NCBI GenBank assembly: GCA_005191425.1
Contig: SUPR01000023.1
Coordinates: forward strand, 6,601-38,600
DNA: 32,000 nucleotides
Direction of reading: 5' to 3'
Origin: Candidatus Helarchaeota ASGARD archaeon Hel_GB_B
Lineage (GTDB): Archaea; Asgardarchaeota; Lokiarchaeia; Helarchaeales; HEL-GB-B
Position 1 is the first letter of the stretch; each line of letters starts with the position of its first letter. The notes beneath the pieces are model-generated. The model searched no databases. It was not told where the DNA came from and saw only the letters and a program-made list of their open reading frames with translations. The position numbers and the translations under genes are program-made. Shown here in pieces: positions 28,430 to 32,000 of this stretch.

Positions 28430-28787
28430 TGTTATTTTTTCTTTATTCTAATTATTTTAAATTGAGATTTAAAAAAGATATTTAAATTAAAAATTTAACT
28501 TCCAACTCATTTTTTTTCTTGTAATCATTAATTTAATTTTGTTTATAATATTAATCCTTTAATTAAATGGCTTCATAAAAATGTTTACCATTTCAAAATG
28601 AAAATAAAAAAGAAAATGAAAGTAAATGAAAATCCCGTTTAATTTTTCAGATTATTACCATCAATTTTGATGTTCGATTAATAATCAAAAGGTTTTAATA
28701 ATTCAAATATAAAAATTAATTGACTTAAATGTATAAATATTCAAATTTATATTCAAGAAATTGTTATTTTTGTTTGAAGGTGTTTTT

Positions 28788-29207
28788 TTGATTAAAAAAG
28801 GAATTAATGTTGAGAGGTCTCTTGTGAAAAAGTTGTGGGAGAATGGTTTTGCAACTATTCGAGTTCCTGCAAGTGGAGCGGGTTCTTCAAGATATCCAAT
28901 GCCAGATATAATTAGTGGTAATGGAAAAAGGTACTTAGCTTTTGAGGTAAAATACACCAGTAATAAAATATTATATGTTGATAAACATGATATTAATGAA
29001 TTAAAGGATTTTTCAGAGATTTTTGGAGCAGAACCATATTTAGCCGTTAAGTTTAATGATGATAAGAAATTTTACTTCTTAATTATAGATGACTTAATTA
29101 TGACAAGGTCAAATAATTATAAAATTACAAGAGAATTGACTTTAGAAAAGGGACTTACTCTAGATATGTTAATCAAAAATAGTATCAAGATTCCCCTAAA
29201 TTGGTAA
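28788..29207 (+). CDS. hjc: Holliday junction resolvase Hjc
   Basis: KG..VERSL, RVPASG, PDII, AFEVK (PD-(D/E)xK). TTG at 28788 after GAAGGTG is preferred over 28761. Confidence 0.9.
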   Translation: MIKKGINVERSLVKKLWENGFATIRVPASGAGSSRYPMPDIISGNGKRYLAFEVKYTSNKILYVDKHDINELKDFSEIFGAEPYLAVKFNDDKKFYFLIIDDLIMTRSNNYKITRELTLEKGLTLDMLIKNSIKIPLNW

Positions 29208-29252
29208 TGTTAATTTATTTAATAAAATCAGTTTAAATCCCTTAAAAATAAA

Positions 29253-29726
29253 ATGAAAAATATTGATAATAAGATCGAACACCAAAAGGTTCGCGAAATA
29301 AAATTATCAGATTTAACAATTATTAAAAATATAGAGGATATTTGCTTTAAAGAACCGTATTCAACTAGAATACTAGAATTTTTTATTAAAAATAATTTTT
29401 ATCCTTCGGTATTAATTGAGAATAGAGAAACAATTGTTGGATACGCTATAGGACTTTTGAAATTTAATAATTATGCACATGTGGTTTCTATTGCAGTCCA
29501 CCCTAATTATAGAAATTTAGGAAACGGTAGTAAATTATTAAAATCTCTAATAGAAATTTTTAAAAAGAATAATAAATCAAGAGTGCAATTAGAAGTGAGG
29601 GTATCAAATGAGCCAGCTATTAAGTTATATAAAAAATTTAACTTCAAAATTATTGGAATTAAAAAAGAATATTATATTAATAAAGAGAATGCATATTTCA
29701 TGGAACTTAAATTAGATATTCGTTAA
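29253..29726 (+). CDS. GNAT N-acetyltransferase (RimI/Ard1-like)
   Basis: HVVSIAVHPNYRNLGNGS, LEVRVSN..AIKLYKK, YYINKENAY.M. Confidence 0.88.
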   Translation: MKNIDNKIEHQKVREIKLSDLTIIKNIEDICFKEPYSTRILEFFIKNNFYPSVLIENRETIVGYAIGLLKFNNYAHVVSIAVHPNYRNLGNGSKLLKSLIEIFKKNNKSRVQLEVRVSNEPAIKLYKKFNFKIIGIKKEYYINKENAYFMELKLDIR

Positions 29727-30541
29727 AATTGTAAGAATTTATTCAATTCTTTTAAATTTCCCGTAAGGTCCAATAAAATTGGTGAGATTGAGATTTTATA
29801 TTTATTTATAACAATATTTATATCAGAATTATCAGGGACTTTATCTTTAAAATTTTGGAAATTTAATCGTTCATCAAATTTATAAGTATTATCATTAATT
29901 TTTCTAAATAAATAGCCGTAATGAATTCTTGCAATTTCGGTTACAACGAAATCAAAATTTTTTATTCCATATGGGACATTTATTATTAGAAAATCAATTC
30001 CATCCGGTAATTTACCATTATTTAAAATTTTTTCTGCGACCATTCGACTAAAAATAGCTGCTTTGTCATAGGACTTTATATCATTTATTATTCCTTTTGA
30101 ATAATGTTCTTTTTTCTGAAAAAACATAGAAACACAGATTGACGGAATACCCATCATTGCAGCTTCAAGAGAAACAGCTACAGTACCCGAGCTCAAGATG
30201 AAAGACAGTCCCATATTTGCGCCATTATTTATCCCACTTACTATTAAATCGGGGGGTTTTCCTTTTGATTTAAAAATATTAGAAGTTCCTATCAAGCAAG
30301 AATCGGAAGGAGTACCAGAAACAGAGTATACTTCTGAATTATCTATCATTCCTTTTGGGTCTACAGGAGATACAGATATTTCATTATATCGAGATATTTT
30401 TTTCCCGATCCAACTTCGTTCACATGATGGAGCGAAAACAGTTACATCACCAATCTTATCTAATTCGTTTTTAAGAGCATGGAGGCCAGCAGATTCCCAG
30501 CCATCATCATTACACAATAAGATATCAGGCATTTGATACAT
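29723..30541 (-). CDS. surE: 5'/3'-nucleotidase SurE
   Basis: ILLCNDDG, SGTPSDS, VSGINNGANMG, SSGTV, ISISPI. Confidence 0.93.
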   Translation of the reverse strand: MYQMPDILLCNDDGWESAGLHALKNELDKIGDVTVFAPSCERSWIGKKISRYNEISVSPVDPKGMIDNSEVYSVSGTPSDSCLIGTSNIFKSKGKPPDLIVSGINNGANMGLSFILSSGTVAVSLEAAMMGIPSICVSMFFQKKEHYSKGIINDIKSYDKAAIFSRMVAEKILNNGKLPDGIDFLIINVPYGIKNFDFVVTEIARIHYGYLFRKINDNTYKFDERLNFQNFKDKVPDNSDINIVINKYKISISPILLDLTGNLKELNKFLQF

Positions 30542-30550
30542 ACATCCAGC

Positions 30551-31276
30551 TTAAGGTTTATATTTATCAAATAAAAAATTTAAAAATTTCTCCCTTTTTT
30601 TAGCTTCGTCCTCAAAATTCTTTTTAAATTTTTGATATAAATCATATGCCTCTTTATATATTTTTTTAGCTTTCCTTCTCTGCTCTTCAGCAAACCTACC
30701 GCTCATACTTGTGTAAAATTGCACTTGAAAGAGCCGTTTCTTTATTTCCAAGAGTTGTACTTCAATTTCTGGATTATCTAAATATTTTTTAATGTTTTTC
30801 TCTATAAAAATGCCAATCTGTTCTTGTAAATTTTGAATCAACTCAAATGATTTGTTTATGGCTGAATAAATTTCTTTTTTCAATTCGACATAATTTTTTT
30901 CTTTATAATTAATTTGATAAATAAAAGTAGATTCATAGTCCATACTTTCTTTTAATTGAAATTGGTCTAAATTGTTAAAAATCTTCGGTAATAAAAGATA
31001 TTTAATTTGAGTTGCTATATCTTCAATTATATCTCTTACAGTATTCTCAGAATATTTATCATATAGTTCTTGAGCTAAAGTAAATATGGCGCCTTCAATT
31101 TGATTAAAGCTATGATATAATTTAGTTTGAATGACCACCTTTTTAAAATCTTCATATAATTTAAGGGTAGTCGAGGTTAGCCCATCAGGAGAAAAAAACT
31201 CAATGGTATTTTTATCTTTCCTTTCTCCATCCAAAGATAATTCGAGCATTAATTCATCAATAGATAAAGTAGCCAT
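30551..31276 (-). CDS. Hypothetical protein (241 aa)
   Basis: Long ORF with ATG start, same strand as surE and 10 bp upstream of it. No recognisable motif. Confidence 0.7.
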   Translation of the reverse strand: MATLSIDELMLELSLDGERKDKNTIEFFSPDGLTSTTLKLYEDFKKVVIQTKLYHSFNQIEGAIFTLAQELYDKYSENTVRDIIEDIATQIKYLLLPKIFNNLDQFQLKESMDYESTFIYQINYKEKNYVELKKEIYSAINKSFELIQNLQEQIGIFIEKNIKKYLDNPEIEVQLLEIKKRLFQVQFYTSMSGRFAEEQRRKAKKIYKEAYDLYQKFKKNFEDEAKKREKFLNFLFDKYKP

Positions 31277-31332
31277 CTTTAAACCTTTTAATTTTTAAAT
31301 ATTTAATAACCTCATTAAGTTTGAAAAAATAA

Positions 31333-31698
31333 TTATAATTTACGTAAATCATAGAATTCGCGTATTGCCCTTAATATTTTATCGATCTCAATATTTCCTT
31401 TATTATATTCTTGTTGTTCTACAGCTATTTTTAAATTTCGTACTCCTTCATCAATTTTATCAGCAATTTCAAGTAAAGTTGAAATGAGTTTATCTGAAAG
31501 GAAGGTATTTTTTTTAATTTCTTGTTTTAATCGCCATACCCAATTTATTAAGCTATTTAAAAGATTGCTTTTATTTTCCAAACCATCATACTTATATCCA
31601 AAAAAAGCATCTAAGGTTTTACTTTCAATATATTCTATAATATTTTCAATTTTTAATCCTTGTAGAAAAATTTTATCATTATCTGATGGGTCTGACAT
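31333..31698 (-). CDS. Hypothetical helical protein (121 aa)
   Basis: ATG-start ORF with amphipathic helices. No recognisable motif. Confidence 0.65.
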   Translation of the reverse strand: MSDPSDNDKIFLQGLKIENIIEYIESKTLDAFFGYKYDGLENKSNLLNSLINWVWRLKQEIKKNTFLSDKLISTLLEIADKIDEGVRNLKIAVEQQEYNKGNIEIDKILRAIREFYDLRKL

Positions 31699-31843
31699 CT
31701 GATTTACCTTATTAACAATAGTTTTTAGTAGATTTATAATTTATTTTATATATTTTTAATTTTAAATATATTCCATTTTATAAACTTTAATTTGAATATT
31801 TTAAGAACAAAATTATAAATGAAATTAAATTAATGAAATAGTG

Positions 31844-32000
31844 ATGATAAAAGCAATTTTTTTTGATCTGGACGATTCTCTATTTGATAGCACAAAATTG
31901 GCAGAAAAAGCAAGAAGATCAGGAAGTAAAGCTATATTAGATCTTGGTCTTACTTTAGAATATGATGAAGAAAAGTGTTATAAAATTTTATTAGAAATCA
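31844..32000 (+). CDS. HAD-superfamily hydrolase, 5' part only
   Basis: Translated by hand: MIKAIFFDLDDSLFDSTKLAEKARR..., HAD motif I DxD(D/T). Runs off the window. Confidence 0.85.
   Translation, partial: MIKAIFFDLDDSLFDSTKLAEKARRSGSKAILDLGLTLEYDEEKCYKILLEI

Noticed and set aside
28430-28787. AAATGAAAA repeats in the pelota-hjc intergenic region
   Set aside because: Short, irregular, low-complexity repeats expected by chance at this AT content.
2085-31702. Remaining short ORFs antisense to identified genes (e.g. 2768-3217, 5964-6512, 11800-12126, 19539-19940, 21123-21695, 28703-28957, 30198-30536, 31484-31702)
   Set aside because: Each is opposite a well-supported gene and shows the Ser/Phe/Ile-rich composition typical of reverse-frame shadows.

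Overview
This is an AT-rich (roughly 25-30% GC by eye) archaeal chromosomal segment made up mostly of housekeeping genes. The L3 N-terminus (MGHRK...) and the Mre11 GDHD motif point to the TACK/Asgard side. SepCysS, Fae-Hps and a fused GuaA make an Asgard lineage (Loki/Hel-like) a reasonable but unproven guess. In order, the window holds: a partial Sep-tRNA:Cys-tRNA synthase (missed by the ORF track), a ureohydrolase, an isolated rpl3-rpl4 pair, two orphans, fae-hps, three tRNAs (Lys-CTT with three introns, Thr-CGT, Leu-GAG), fused GMP synthase, an alkaline-phosphatase-superfamily enzyme, rpiA, PINA ATPase, a CARF-wHTH-Zn-ribbon regulator divergent from nurA-herA-mre11-rad50, a tRNA-splicing endonuclease subunit lacking catalytic residues, mtnA, an HTH-PRTase, two radical SAM genes, pelota, hjc, a GNAT acetyltransferase, surE, two orphans and a partial HAD hydrolase. 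I saw no CRISPR array, transposase or integrase. The strongest signals are (1) a triple-intron tRNA-Lys whose splice motifs look mutually exclusive, found in the same window as a non-catalytic EndA, (2) a stand-alone CARF regulator with an extra Zn ribbon placed between PINA and the DNA end-resection operon, and (3) an orphan with a Vps62/NPP1-like motif pattern. Family assignments are from motif recognition by eye. No database searches were run.
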